NCBI RefSeq assembly: GCF_964204645.1
Contig: NC_134029.1
Span: 11,124,850-11,188,849, forward strand
Direction: 5' to 3'
Origin: Tubulanus polymorphus
Taxonomy: Eukaryota > Animalia > Nemertea
DNA: 64,000 nucleotides
In this document: piece by piece, positions 63,647-64,000 of the stretch
Layout of the letters: the number at the start of each line of letters is the position of its first letter
Numbering within the stretch: position 1 is the first letter of the stretch
Notes under the pieces: generated by a model
Told to the model about the DNA's origin: nothing
What the model saw: the letters and a program-made list of their open reading frames with translations, nothing else
The model's database searches: none
Translations under genes and position numbers: made by a program

Positions 63647-64000
63647 CTAATTAGTAAACTTATAAGCAACAAATATAACAATAACTGTTCCGCCTAAAAT
63701 CCAAATTATTTCATATTTCTGTTGTTCTTTACTTGGGGTATAATAATCTGATAATTTAGGTTTGTATAGATGTAATTTTTCTTTATTTGTTACTGCGTTA
63801 TATAAACTCATTGCATCATCAACTGAATGAAAATCTCTATGTGAAATCTTCTGATCATATAATTCTTTATTGATGTAATCCATATAGTTTTGCCTCTTTT
63901 CTCTATATTCTTCTGCAGCTTTATTGTATTTCTCTAACGCTAAGTTATGTCTTCTTTGTTCTCCTAATGAACTATTTTTATCAATATGTTTAAATAAATA
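63647..64000 (-). CDS. Viral membrane protein, 5' end beyond window (homolog of 7137-7559)
   Basis: Near-identical translation. Confidence 0.82.
   Translation of the reverse strand, partial: YLFKHIDKNSSLGEQRRHNLALEKYNKAAEEYREKRQNYMDYINKELYDQKISHRDFHSVDDAMSLYNAVTNKEKLHLYKPKLSDYYTPSKEQQKYEIIWILGGTVIVIFVAYKFTN

Larger units (their letters stand above)
51645..64000. mobile_element. Polinton/Maverick-like element C (left part; same family and orientation as A)
   Basis: Starts with an AGTAATAGGGG hairpin; integrase, ATPase, MCP; 58730-64000 is colinear with 80-7500; runs off the window. Confidence 0.9.

Noticed and set aside
51645-64000. Poxvirus early terminator TTTTTNT
   Set aside because: Too frequent by chance in DNA this AT-rich to count as evidence without statistics.

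Overview
Eukaryotic (probably invertebrate animal) repeat-rich DNA with no clear host gene, dominated by three Polinton/Maverick (adintovirus-like) endogenous DNA viruses from two families. Element B (33209-49017) is complete, with ~127-bp AGTAGT TIRs and a 6-bp CACATA TSD. It encodes pPolB (VSR-type insertion, spliced N-terminal zinc fingers), packaging ATPase, chromodomain integrase, penton, major capsid and adenain protease. Unusually, it also encodes a TBP homolog, a tandem-PC4 protein and RING proteins, consistent with a nuclear Pol II lifestyle. Elements A (1-13795, right half) and C (51645-64000, left half) are two decayed copies of one extremely AT-rich family. It has an EndoVII-type pPolB, integrase, ATPase, capsids, an HNH nuclease, a block of membrane proteins and no recognisable adenain. 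18 of 21 A/C gene starts read TAAATG, often after a T-run (poxvirus late-promoter architecture), and the termini are long fold-back hairpins, suggesting a helper-dependent, virophage-like endogenous virus. Also present: an L2 LINE inserted in A, a Penelope-like remnant, a full-length pogo/Tigger transposon, a Gypsy gag-protease remnant, a RAG1/Chapaev-like zinc-finger fragment, and several tandem and inverted repeats. All calls come from motif recognition by eye; no database searches were run.
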